From: a virus
Lineage: Duplodnaviria; Caudoviricetes
Strand: one strand, 5' to 3'
IMG/VR virus record: IMGVR_UViG_3300033067_001086
Location: 1-34,826 of that record
Length of the DNA: 34,826 nucleotides
Below are positions 26,397 through 34,419 of this stretch, in pieces. The notes below the pieces were generated by a model, which saw only the letters and a list, made by a program, of their open reading frames with translations, made no database searches and was not told the DNA's origin. A program made the translations under genes and the position numbers. The first letter of the stretch is position 1, and the number at the start of each line of letters is the position of its first letter.

Positions 26397-26984
26397 ATGG
26401 GTTTGTTTGACATGAACCGCCCCCGCGGACTGTTCGGGGCCGATCCCGGCACGCAGGACGCCATCAACAGCTATGCGGCCATGCCGAGGGGCAAGCAGGG
26501 CAAGGGCGGGCTGTTTGGCTCGGGTTATGACGGCGAGGACATCCTGAATATGCTGCTTCGCGCTGCGGCGATTGCGCAGGGCGAATATGGCGCGGGCGCG
26601 GAGTTCGGAGCGAACATCGGGGCGCGGGCGCGGGCTGCGGCTGCGGAAGCGGCCAAGCGGCAGCAAGAGCGCGATGACTATGTGTGGAAGAAGGAAACCG
26701 ACCAGCGGTTCGAAAAGCCGGATACGCCGGAAATGATTGCCAAGCTCAACGCATGGAACGCCATGACCCCTGAGCAAAAGCGGCAATTCGCGCAAATGCA
26801 GGATGTTGTAAGCCCGTCCTACACCATGATTGGCGGTTCACAGTATCGCATCCCGCGCGAAGTGGGCGGCGAGGACGCTGCGCCCGACATTCTCCCCCCT
26901 AATGTTGTCTCCGGGATCATGGGAGGCGGTAGCGGAGACGCTACCGGCGGGTTTCGCTTCAACATCCCCCGGATACGCCCCTAG
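26397..26984 (+). CDS. Putative ejection protein
   Basis: TAAGGTG RBS; repeated GLFG/GLFD; helical Ala-rich segment. Confidence 0.7.
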   Translation: MGLFDMNRPRGLFGADPGTQDAINSYAAMPRGKQGKGGLFGSGYDGEDILNMLLRAAAIAQGEYGAGAEFGANIGARARAAAAEAAKRQQERDDYVWKKETDQRFEKPDTPEMIAKLNAWNAMTPEQKRQFAQMQDVVSPSYTMIGGSQYRIPREVGGEDAAPDILPPNVVSGIMGGGSGDATGGFRFNIPRIRP

Positions 26985-27378
26985 GGCTCCCTCAGCGCCT
27001 TTCACAAGCTTTGGCGTCACAAGTGGCTTCGGCCCGCGCAAGCGCCCCAAGGCCGGTGCCAGCGCCTTCCACAAGGGCGTTGACTACGGCACACCGATGG
27101 GAACGCCCGTCACCGCCGCGATTGATGGCGTTATAGCCAATCTGGAAGACCCCAACGGCTACGGGCACTATTCGACCGTAACCGCCGATGATGGCTCGCG
27201 CGCGCTCTATGGCCACCTTGGCGGGTTCTCATTGAAGAATGGCGCACGGGTCAAGCGCGGGCAACAGATCGGCATAAGCGGGCGTAGTGGCAACTCCACC
27301 GGCCCGCATACGCATTTTGGTTACTATCTGCCGGACGGAACTCCGGTCGATCCCCGCCGCTATTTTGGAGGCCGGTAA
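26902..27378 (+). CDS. M23 peptidase domain (no good own start; possibly reached by +1 frameshift at 26952-26955)
   Basis: VTSGFGPR, HKGVD (HxxxD), YGHL, GNSTGPHTHF (HxH). Confidence 0.85.
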   Translation: MLSPGSWEAVAETLPAGFASTSPGYAPRAPSAPFTSFGVTSGFGPRKRPKAGASAFHKGVDYGTPMGTPVTAAIDGVIANLEDPNGYGHYSTVTADDGSRALYGHLGGFSLKNGARVKRGQQIGISGRSGNSTGPHTHFGYYLPDGTPVDPRRYFGGR

Positions 27379-28229
27379 TGGCTGGACGCACGTTTCAATA
27401 TCAGGGTGCAACCTATGAAGTGCAGGCGGACGGCAGCGCGCGCAAGGTGCCCACGCGCGGCGCGGTTCCGGTTGGCCCGCCCAATCCGTTGATGCCGGGG
27501 CAGGTCGCCGGGCAGGAATTCAACAACCGCAACACGCAGGCGCAGACCGGGCGAACGGTTGTCCAGACGCGCGGCGATGAAATCGACAACGCGACTAAAG
27601 CCGCCACACAGCAAGCCATGATCGCCAAGGCCCGTGCGGAAGCGCAAAAGGCAGCGGCGGATGCCGTTGTGGCGCAGCGCGGCGCGAACAATCCCGTGCT
27701 ATCGGATGAGCAGCGCAAGGCAGCAATGCAGGCTGGCAATCTTGACGCATTGGTAGGTCAAATTAACCGCGTCCAAGACCTATACGACCAGAATATTGCC
27801 GGGGCGTCTCCGTTTGAATGGCTTCCGGGCCGTTCGGATATGGCGCAGTTCAATGCTGCTTCGGCAGGACTTGCAGAGCAGGGGCTTGGAGCGTTCCGCA
27901 CCCCCGGAATCGGTTCGCAGTCGGATGCGGAATTGCGCCAGTTTGTTGAGGCGAACAAGCCTCATTCCAGTTCGCTTGATTCCGCAAATGAAGAACGGCT
28001 GCGCCAGCTTAGGGCGAGAACCGATGCCGCCCGCAAAGCGCTTGGGCTCACGCCTGCCCAATGGGGTGGGGCCGGATCGGGTATTGGCGGCATGGTCGGC
28101 GCTCGCCTTTCCCCGCCCCCCCGCAAGGCAAGCCGTGGATGGTGGGAAGGCGACAACGCCCCACGCAAGGCCCAACCGATAGACGATGAAGTCATGAGCT
28201 ACATCAATCGCGCAAGGGGTGGCAGATGA
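27378..28229 (+). CDS. Putative ejection protein
   Basis: GGAGG RBS, TAATG coupling; FRTPGIGSQSDAELRQF motif. Confidence 0.7.
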   Translation: MAGRTFQYQGATYEVQADGSARKVPTRGAVPVGPPNPLMPGQVAGQEFNNRNTQAQTGRTVVQTRGDEIDNATKAATQQAMIAKARAEAQKAAADAVVAQRGANNPVLSDEQRKAAMQAGNLDALVGQINRVQDLYDQNIAGASPFEWLPGRSDMAQFNAASAGLAEQGLGAFRTPGIGSQSDAELRQFVEANKPHSSSLDSANEERLRQLRARTDAARKALGLTPAQWGGAGSGIGGMVGARLSPPPRKASRGWWEGDNAPRKAQPIDDEVMSYINRARGGR

Positions 28230-30190
28230 GCAATCCGTCACGACAGGACTTGATTGAAGCCATCCGCATTGCCGGGCGCGAAGGCAATGACGCGGCGGTG
28301 CGCAAGCTCAGCGCCATGCTGGATGCGCCACATGCCCAGACCACATGGGCAGGCGAGGATGCAGCCAGCGCCCGCGCGCGTAATTCCATGCCCGCCGTCG
28401 CGCCGCGCAAGTCCCTGGCCCGTCAGTTGGGCGATAGCGTTGTCAGCAATGTTGCCGGTGCAGCGCAGGGCGCGGCGTCCCTTCCCGATGCCTTCATTCA
28501 GGCCGGTGCGGGCGGTTTGCGGATGCTCAACACGGCGGTTGGCGTTCCCTCGGAATACCTTGCGGAAAGGATGGGCAACACGCGCGGGGCGGAAGCCATG
28601 CGCCGCGACAGGCTGGCACAAGACCGAGCCCTAGCCAATCCCGTTACCATTGGCGGCATGATCGAGAAGGTTGCCCCGACCCCGCAGGACAGTGCAGGCC
28701 AATGGGCGCGCTTTGGCTCGCAGATGATCGGCGCGATGATGGTACCGATGGGGCCGAAGGTATCACCCCCGCCCAACGCCCCGCGCCTTTCCCCGCCGCC
28801 CAAGCCTTCGCGGGTTATCCCCAACGCGCGTGAAGTTGTGGAAGCCGGAAAGGCTAACCGCGTCCGGGTGACAACGACCGACATCCGCCCGCCCCGAACC
28901 GCAACCGGACGCGCTGCACGCTGGCTTGGGGAGAAAATCCCATTCGCCGGGACAGGTGGAACCCGCGAGCTTCAACAGAGCCAGCGCCTTGACGCCATCA
29001 AGAACGCGGTAACGGACTTCGGCGGTAGCGCGGAGCGCACCATTCTTGATGACAGCGCCCGACCAGTCAACGAAGTCGCGGCGAACCTCGCCAAGACGCG
29101 CGGCGATACGCTGGGCAGGCTCACGGCGGACAAACAGGGCATAATCGCCAATCTCAGCCGCAATGACGAGATCGTGCCGGTTGACCGCACGGTAACGGCC
29201 ATCGACGAACAGATTGCCGCCTTGACCCGCAGAGGGACGCCAGCAGCCAAGCAGGCGGCGGAAACCCTCTCGCAGTATCGAGCAGGCATCCAAGGCAAGA
29301 CGCTTGACCAGTTGGAAGCCATCCGCGCCGATGAACTGGCAAACGCATTCAAGGGCGGCAATACCCTGGCCGATGTAAAGGCGGTAGGCGACAAGGCTCT
29401 CCGCTCGATCTACGATCCTTTGCGCGCGGAAATGGGGACGTTCATTCGCCAGCGTGGCGGCGACGAAGCATTGTCCAGGTGGGCCAGTGCCAACGAACAA
29501 CTGTCCGCGATGGTTGGCGAACTGAAAAGCGCCCGGTTCCGCAATGTCCTGCGCAATGAGGAACTGACCCCGGAAGCGGTTGGCAATCTGCTGTTCAGCC
29601 GTAACCCCAGCGATGTTTCCCGGCTCATGGGCAACTTGAGCAAGTCGGGACAGGCCAAGGCGCGCGAAGCTATCTTGCAGCGGGCCTATGACGGCGCAAT
29701 CGGTTCGGAAGGCTTGAGCGCGGAACGGTTCATTGCCAACCTCGACACGCTCACCCCTAGCATTGCCTCCGCGTTCAAGGGGCGCGACCTGCAAAGGGTT
29801 CAGGGGCTTGGCCGGGTGCTCGACGCCACCCGCCGCGCCGCCACAGCGGGGCACATGCCGACGACCGGCGCGCAGAACACACCGTTGCTTGTGCTAGGCG
29901 GAATGCTGAAGCTGTTGGGAACAACCGGAACGGCGGTAGTCGGCGGCGGCTATGGACTGCTTGCCCGCGCATACGAAAGCGCGCCCGTTCGCGATGCCCT
30001 GATTCGCGCGTCACTGGTCAAGGCCGGTTCCCGTTCGGAAGGCATCATTCTCGACCGCGCAGCCAAGGCATTGGCGGGGGCAATCAATGGCAGCCTCCCC
30101 CGGACGGCGGCGGAAGCTCCGATGCTCACGCGCCCGATGCAGTTGCCGTTAGCCGCTGATCCCGAAGACCAACGCCAATACGGTCAATAG
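28226..30190 (+). CDS. Large ejection protein (P22 gp16-like)
   Basis: 654 aa helical; EKIPFAGTG..R..QQ, ELTPEAV..LLFS, TTGAQN, ARAYES.PVRDAL. Confidence 0.75.
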   Translation: MSNPSRQDLIEAIRIAGREGNDAAVRKLSAMLDAPHAQTTWAGEDAASARARNSMPAVAPRKSLARQLGDSVVSNVAGAAQGAASLPDAFIQAGAGGLRMLNTAVGVPSEYLAERMGNTRGAEAMRRDRLAQDRALANPVTIGGMIEKVAPTPQDSAGQWARFGSQMIGAMMVPMGPKVSPPPNAPRLSPPPKPSRVIPNAREVVEAGKANRVRVTTTDIRPPRTATGRAARWLGEKIPFAGTGGTRELQQSQRLDAIKNAVTDFGGSAERTILDDSARPVNEVAANLAKTRGDTLGRLTADKQGIIANLSRNDEIVPVDRTVTAIDEQIAALTRRGTPAAKQAAETLSQYRAGIQGKTLDQLEAIRADELANAFKGGNTLADVKAVGDKALRSIYDPLRAEMGTFIRQRGGDEALSRWASANEQLSAMVGELKSARFRNVLRNEELTPEAVGNLLFSRNPSDVSRLMGNLSKSGQAKAREAILQRAYDGAIGSEGLSAERFIANLDTLTPSIASAFKGRDLQRVQGLGRVLDATRRAATAGHMPTTGAQNTPLLVLGGMLKLLGTTGTAVVGGGYGLLARAYESAPVRDALIRASLVKAGSRSEGIILDRAAKALAGAINGSLPRTAAEAPMLTRPMQLPLAADPEDQRQYGQ

Positions 30191-30265
30191 CGACCACTTG
30201 AACCAGTTGGGGCGAATGTAGCGGATAACGAGGCCGGTAAACACCAGCCCGTGCCAAACCTGCAT
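30149..30265 (-). CDS. 38-aa antisense membrane peptide (candidate superinfection exclusion)
   Basis: Not in ORF track; MQVWHGLVFTGLVIRYIRPNWFKWSLLTVLALVFGISG; TAAGGT 6 nt before ATG. Confidence 0.55.
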   Translation of the reverse strand: MQVWHGLVFTGLVIRYIRPNWFKWSLLTVLALVFGISG

Positions 30266-30295
30266 TCGCCCACCTTACCACAATCCACCACGAAC

Positions 30296-30319
30296 AAAAG
30301 CCCGGACGGGACACCGGGC
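30296..30319 (-). terminator. Minus-strand intrinsic terminator-like hairpin
   Basis: GCCCGG-N8-CCGGGC-TTTT on minus strand. Confidence 0.55.
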
Positions 30320-30334
30320 AACAAGGGGCACTAC

Positions 30335-30637
30335 ATGAACGCAGCGGAAGTAACGGCCCTTGCGGCGGCAGTTGTCAGCATCGGCGGGGCCATCGGCGCG
30401 GTGATCCGGTTCATCTGGAACAAGATCGAGGCGCGGTTCACGGAGATCGAGCGCCGCCTCGATGAATGCCGCGACGACCGCGAATTGTCCGAAAAGCGGC
30501 GCGGCGTGCTGCTCACCATCATCGAGCTGCTCAAGCAGGGACTACGGCACCACTTGCCGGAAAGCCACATGCTTGTGCGGGCCGATGAACTGACTGCGGA
30601 ATACCGCTCGTTGGGCACGAAAGAGAAAGGGGAATAG
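30335..30637 (+). CDS. Single-TM holin/antiholin-like protein
   Basis: N-terminal TM then coiled coil, immediately before endolysin; AAGGGG RBS. Confidence 0.6.
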   Translation: MNAAEVTALAAAVVSIGGAIGAVIRFIWNKIEARFTEIERRLDECRDDRELSEKRRGVLLTIIELLKQGLRHHLPESHMLVRADELTAEYRSLGTKEKGE

Positions 30638-30639
30638 CC

Positions 30640-31071
30640 ATGGCGTCACTCGGCCCGGTCAAGTTCCTGACGATCCACTGCGCCGCGACGCCGGAAGGCC
30701 GCGACGTGAAGGCGGCGACCATCTCCGCTTGGGATCAGGCCAAGTTCGGCCAGACTAGCTATCATTGGGTAATCGAACTGGACGGCACGAAGGTCCGCAC
30801 CCTCGAGGACACGGTGAAGGGCGCACATGTCGGCAAGGCGAATACCGGCAACATCGGGATTTGCTATGTCGGCGGCGTCGACAAGGCGAACAAGGTTCCC
30901 AAGGACACGCGCACGCCAGCGCAGAAAGCGGCATTGAAGGCACTCGTTCAAGCCTACCAGATCAAGTTTCCCGGCATCGTAATTCGTGGGCATCGCGATT
31001 GGCCGGGCGTTGCAAAAGCGTGCCCGAGCTTTGACGCAATTGCCTGGGTTAAGGCGGGAATGCCCACATAA
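30640..31071 (+). CDS. Endolysin, N-acetylmuramoyl-L-alanine amidase (T7 lysozyme-like)
   Basis: IHCAAT, YHWVI..DG, GAHV...N...IGICYVGG, GHRD, KACPSF. Confidence 0.95.
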   Translation: MASLGPVKFLTIHCAATPEGRDVKAATISAWDQAKFGQTSYHWVIELDGTKVRTLEDTVKGAHVGKANTGNIGICYVGGVDKANKVPKDTRTPAQKAALKALVQAYQIKFPGIVIRGHRDWPGVAKACPSFDAIAWVKAGMPT

Positions 31072-31077
31072 AGGAGA

Positions 31078-31608
31078 CTACTCGACGTGCTTCCATATGG
31101 AGCGAGACTTGATGCGAGAAATGATCGGTTGGGTCACTCCATACCGTGCGGCAATCGCAGTGTGCGTTCCTTCATCGGCGCGAATAGCCTTCACCTTTTC
31201 CGCATTAAGTTTCGAGTGCGGCGCACGCTCACCAGCGGACATTGTGCCGTGCTCCCATTTATCCATGTTGTTTTCAGAGCAAGTGGCCCAACGGAGATTG
31301 TCCGCTCGGTTATTCAAACTGTTGCCGTCGCAGTGGGCGACCTCATGCGCCGGGCTTGGTGGTTCTCCGTGGAAAACGCGGCACACAATCCGGTGGGCGT
31401 TGGTGCTTCGGTGTTTGCCATCGTTCTCCACCAGGACAACAACGTGGTAATTGCGATTCCTCCCACTAAGACCGGGCTTGAGCAAGCGGGGCGCGCGGAA
31501 CTTGGCGCTGCTCACTTGTCGCATGATCCTGCCGTGCGAACTGACGGCGTAATCCGTCGCCCACGGTATCGTTTTCCATACTTCTTCGCTAAGAGGGTTC
31601 TCAGCCAT
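31078..31608 (-). CDS. NUMOD4-HNH homing endonuclease
   Basis: EVWKTIP...YAVSSHGRI, HRIVCRVFHG, VAHCDGNSLNNRADNLRWAT..EN; C-terminal HTH. Confidence 0.9.
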   Translation of the reverse strand: MAENPLSEEVWKTIPWATDYAVSSHGRIMRQVSSAKFRAPRLLKPGLSGRNRNYHVVVLVENDGKHRSTNAHRIVCRVFHGEPPSPAHEVAHCDGNSLNNRADNLRWATCSENNMDKWEHGTMSAGERAPHSKLNAEKVKAIRADEGTHTAIAARYGVTQPIISRIKSRSIWKHVE

Positions 31609-31751
31609 AGCGTGACACCTCACGTTAGGGTTAGGGCCGAACGCTGCTCCAACAGTGTTGCGGCCCGCTTTTATACCAGACTTCGGCCAAAAAGAAAACC
31701 AACGCATGCGCTTGGCCGCGTTTTTGCGTGTGCGCAATCAGGAGAACAACC

Positions 31752-31907
31752 ATGTTATCAGGTTGGAAAACCTACATCACCGCAGGCGTCACCGTGATCG
31801 GCGCGGTTGCCGCTTACCTGACCGGCGATGCCGAACTTGGCGCGACGATCCAGCTTGTCGTGACTGCCGTTCTCGCGGCGACGATCCGCCACGGCGTTTC
31901 GGCGTAA
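31752..31907 (+). CDS. 51-aa two-TM holin-like protein
   Basis: Not in ORF track; AGGAG RBS; MLSGWKTYITAGVTVIGAVAAYLTGDAELGATIQLVVTAVLAATIRHGVSA. Confidence 0.75.
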   Translation: MLSGWKTYITAGVTVIGAVAAYLTGDAELGATIQLVVTAVLAATIRHGVSA

Positions 31908-31912
31908 TCGGC

Positions 31913-32407
31913 ATGGCGGGCTTGTCCCTCGGCAACATCCTGTCGGCGGTCAAGCTCGCCTCGCTGCTGGCGCTTGTCGCGGCGCTGCTATGGTATCGGC
32001 ACGACGCCAGATCGGCGCACATGGCTTTCGACCGGCTCAAGGCGGAATACATCGCAGACAGCCAGATGGCAGCATATCGCCAGATTGCCGCCACGCAGGC
32101 CACAGAAGCGCGCTACAGCGCGTTAGCGGCACAAGGGGACATTGCACATGCCAAGGCACTGGAAAGCGCTCGCAGGGCTTCTGACAGCTTCATTGCTCGC
32201 CAGTTGCGGCCCGTCGATCAATGTGCGCCCGGCGGAACCACTGCCGCCGCCCAAGGTGAAGGTGCCGGACTTCCTGCGGTCGCCGCCGCCGATGCCTTCG
32301 TGGCTGTTGCCCCCGCCGATGTGACAGCCTGCACCGACGCTGCGGTCTATGCCCGGTCGGCGCACGAATGGGCCGCTAGCCTTCTGCGGGAGGGGCTGGG
32401 AGAGTAG
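31913..32407 (+). CDS. Rz: Inner-membrane spanin
   Basis: N-terminal TM, periplasmic coiled coil, Cys residues, nested lipoprotein gene. Confidence 0.8.
   Translation: MAGLSLGNILSAVKLASLLALVAALLWYRHDARSAHMAFDRLKAEYIADSQMAAYRQIAATQATEARYSALAAQGDIAHAKALESARRASDSFIARQLRPVDQCAPGGTTAAAQGEGAGLPAVAAADAFVAVAPADVTACTDAAVYARSAHEWAASLLREGLGE
32148..32324 (+). CDS. Rz1: Outer-membrane spanin lipoprotein nested in +1 frame
   Basis: Signal peptide with lipobox LLASC; Pro-rich mature part; AAGGGG RBS. Confidence 0.85.
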   Translation: MPRHWKALAGLLTASLLASCGPSINVRPAEPLPPPKVKVPDFLRSPPPMPSWLLPPPM

Positions 32408-32467
32408 GGGCGAGACTTAGCGAATCCCACCTGCGGGCTGCGTAGAACATGTCACGCCAGACTAGGA

Positions 32468-32695
32468 TCAATCTGGCGTGGACGCCTCTTTGAGCTTTTC
32501 CGCGACCGCGTCGAGCAGCACGGCCCGCTCAAGCGCAAGCCGCCACAGGTCGGTGTATATCCCGGCGGGGACGTCAACCACGCCCGCTACCCAGCGCTGC
32601 ACGGTTCGCACGTTGCAGCCCAGATCGCGGGCAACTTCGGATTGCCAGCGAGGCCCGTAGAGGGCCTCACCAGCTTCGGCGAGGAGGCGGCTCAC
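32468..32695 (-). CDS. HTH transcriptional regulator
   Basis: LYGPRWQSEVARDLGCNVRTVQRWVAG. Confidence 0.8.
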   Translation of the reverse strand: MSRLLAEAGEALYGPRWQSEVARDLGCNVRTVQRWVAGVVDVPAGIYTDLWRLALERAVLLDAVAEKLKEASTPD

Positions 32696-32877
32696 CGGTG
32701 GCCTTCCGCGATGTCTTCGAGGATAATCTTGGCGCTGCCGGCAAGATACCAGCCATATTCGATGCTGTTCGGCATCTGCCCCTTGATGTGGACATCACCG
32801 TCGCGGGTGATGCGGAATTTCTCGCCACCGACCTTCGAGACGTAGTTGGCGATGGTGGTGCGTTCGATCTTGGTCAT
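32692..32877 (-). CDS. Hypothetical protein coupled to HTH gene
   Basis: AGGAGG RBS, ATG 32877, GTGA overlap with HTH gene. Confidence 0.75.
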   Translation of the reverse strand: MTKIERTTIANYVSKVGGEKFRITRDGDVHIKGQMPNSIEYGWYLAGSAKIILEDIAEGHR

Positions 32878-32920
32878 ATCGGCCTCCTGCCGTTTCGGAC
32901 CCGGCCCTATGCCGCTGTCC

Positions 32921-32957
32921 ATGTCGTAGGTTTACGACATAAAAGGGGGGTGGTCAA
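32921..32957 (-). promoter_or_regulatory. Promoter with palindromic operator over the -10
   Basis: TTGACC (32957-32952), 17 bp, TAAACC; perfect IR ATGTCGTA-N4-TACGACAT at 32921-32940. Confidence 0.7.
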
Positions 32958-33025
32958 TAGGAAAAACGACCTGGCTGGAATAAATTTCGGACTTGCAGCG
33001 TGGGCAAGGGTCGGGTTCGTCCACC

Positions 33026-33274
33026 CTACACCTCCATTTCCGCGCGCATGGCGGAGAGCCGAACTTTCATCGTTGTGTAAGGCGCGGGATCGTATTGGAC
33101 TGCCGACAGATGGGCCGCAACCTCGTCCAGCACTGCGGCGACTACGGCGCGGGCGTTGCGGACATAGCCTTCGCTGTTCGGCACGTTGTCGCGCGACGTG
33201 AGGGGCGGCCATCCCCCAGCTTCGCGGTCGCTGTTCAGGATGGCGAGCGCCACCTCCTCAACAATACCCATCAT
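33026..33274 (-). CDS. Hypothetical protein
   Basis: ATGA-coupled ORF, end of leftward operon. Confidence 0.65.
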   Translation of the reverse strand: MMGIVEEVALAILNSDREAGGWPPLTSRDNVPNSEGYVRNARAVVAAVLDEVAAHLSAVQYDPAPYTTMKVRLSAMRAEMEV

Positions 33275-33558
33275 CCTTCCTTCCATGCGGTGAGGGCTTG
33301 GCGCAAAGCCTTGTCCTGCCTGACGGACACCATGCCACCATCGCATCCTTTAAGGAATGACGTTGCTGCGGAGGCCATCTGTTCAGCCACATTGAGCCGT
33401 GCGGATAGGGCTTCGATGCGGTCAAGGATGCCGTCCAGATCGTGCAGGTTCAGGATCGCACCTCCAAGGGCAATTTCGGCATCCTCGCGCGTTCTGCCGG
33501 AGCATTCGAGTTTGACGTTGAACGCCCACGCCGCTTCGATCAGATCCGCATCATCCAT
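33271..33558 (-). CDS. Hypothetical protein
   Basis: GGAGAAGG RBS; coupled. Confidence 0.65.
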   Translation of the reverse strand: MDDADLIEAAWAFNVKLECSGRTREDAEIALGGAILNLHDLDGILDRIEALSARLNVAEQMASAATSFLKGCDGGMVSVRQDKALRQALTAWKEG

Positions 33559-33613
33559 TGCCCTTCTCCACTATGGCAAGCCCGCGCTTTTTCAGTTCGC
33601 TCGGTTCAGCCAT
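33551..33613 (-). CDS. 20-aa mini-ORF or gene remnant
   Basis: GAGGAG RBS; MAEPSELKKRGLAIVEKGNG; overlaps next start. Confidence 0.4.
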   Translation of the reverse strand: MAEPSELKKRGLAIVEKGNG

Positions 33614-33637
33614 GCCCTGTCTCCTCAACGTCCATGC

Positions 33638-33886
33638 TCATTCTCCTGGGTCGTCTAAAAACACATAGTCGCTGACCTCGGCGCATATCTTGCAGGTCCG
33701 TTGCTTGAACCGTGCGCCAGTGACCGCGATGCGCCCAAACTGCCACATCCCCCACTTATGGCGCTTAGGCCAGAAATTCTGATTAGGGCCACATCCGCCG
33801 AAGTAGTATTCTCGGATGCGATTGTGTTCCGCGGGGGTCATGCGCGGCGAACGGAATTGCAGAACATTATCTGGTTTCTTGCTCAC
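33638..33886 (-). CDS. Hypothetical protein with HKW...CKIC motif
   Basis: GTGA coupling, GAGGGAAGG upstream. Confidence 0.6.
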   Translation of the reverse strand: MSKKPDNVLQFRSPRMTPAEHNRIREYYFGGCGPNQNFWPKRHKWGMWQFGRIAVTGARFKQRTCKICAEVSDYVFLDDPGE

Positions 33887-34059
33887 CCTTCCCTCCTCAA
33901 AACAGGCTCGGCTGCGGTTCGGATGTGCGCGCCGCTTTCCACGGCGGTTGCAGGGTATTGAATCCCATTGCCCGCGATTCCCGCGCGAAAGGCCCTGACC
34001 CCGTTATTTGCCAGTGACTTCGTTGAACAACGGGTAAAGGACGGCCCTTTATTTTTCAT
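33883..34059 (-). CDS. Hypothetical protein
   Basis: ATG 34059 with GAGGGG upstream; tiles the operon. Confidence 0.45.
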   Translation of the reverse strand: MKNKGPSFTRCSTKSLANNGVRAFRAGIAGNGIQYPATAVESGAHIRTAAEPVLRREG

Positions 34060-34390
34060 TGCGTTGGCCCCTCGGATTCCCATCTGCTTGCACCCCCGCG
34101 CTTTGTTCCAGCGCCAAATCGTGAAGCTGGTTCCACGCACCTGTAAGCGCCCGTGCAATTTGCGGGCTGTTGGGGCTGGTCCCTGTGTGGCAGATGACGG
34201 TCCCAGTCCCCTCAATATAAAGCCCATGCATGTGCTGCGGCTCGTCCTGCTGGAAATGATCGGCAGTGATGCGCACGCTCTCCGCAATGTGCGCTGCGTG
34301 TCCTTCGGCATCATGGGCTTCCGTTTGGCCCCATTCGGCCCGCCCAATGCGGATAACAAGTTCCGCAATATCAATTGGCAGTTCACCCAT
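34049..34390 (-). CDS. Hypothetical protein
   Basis: GGAGAAG RBS; ICHTGTSPNS motif. Confidence 0.7.
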   Translation of the reverse strand: MGELPIDIAELVIRIGRAEWGQTEAHDAEGHAAHIAESVRITADHFQQDEPQHMHGLYIEGTGTVICHTGTSPNSPQIARALTGAWNQLHDLALEQSAGVQADGNPRGQRNEK

Positions 34391-34419
34391 TCCGCTTCTC
34401 CAGTTTAATTATCGCCGCT

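Noticed and set aside
32408-32467. Possible attP in the convergent intergenic gap
   Set aside because: No tRNA-like core, arm repeats or neighbouring integrase
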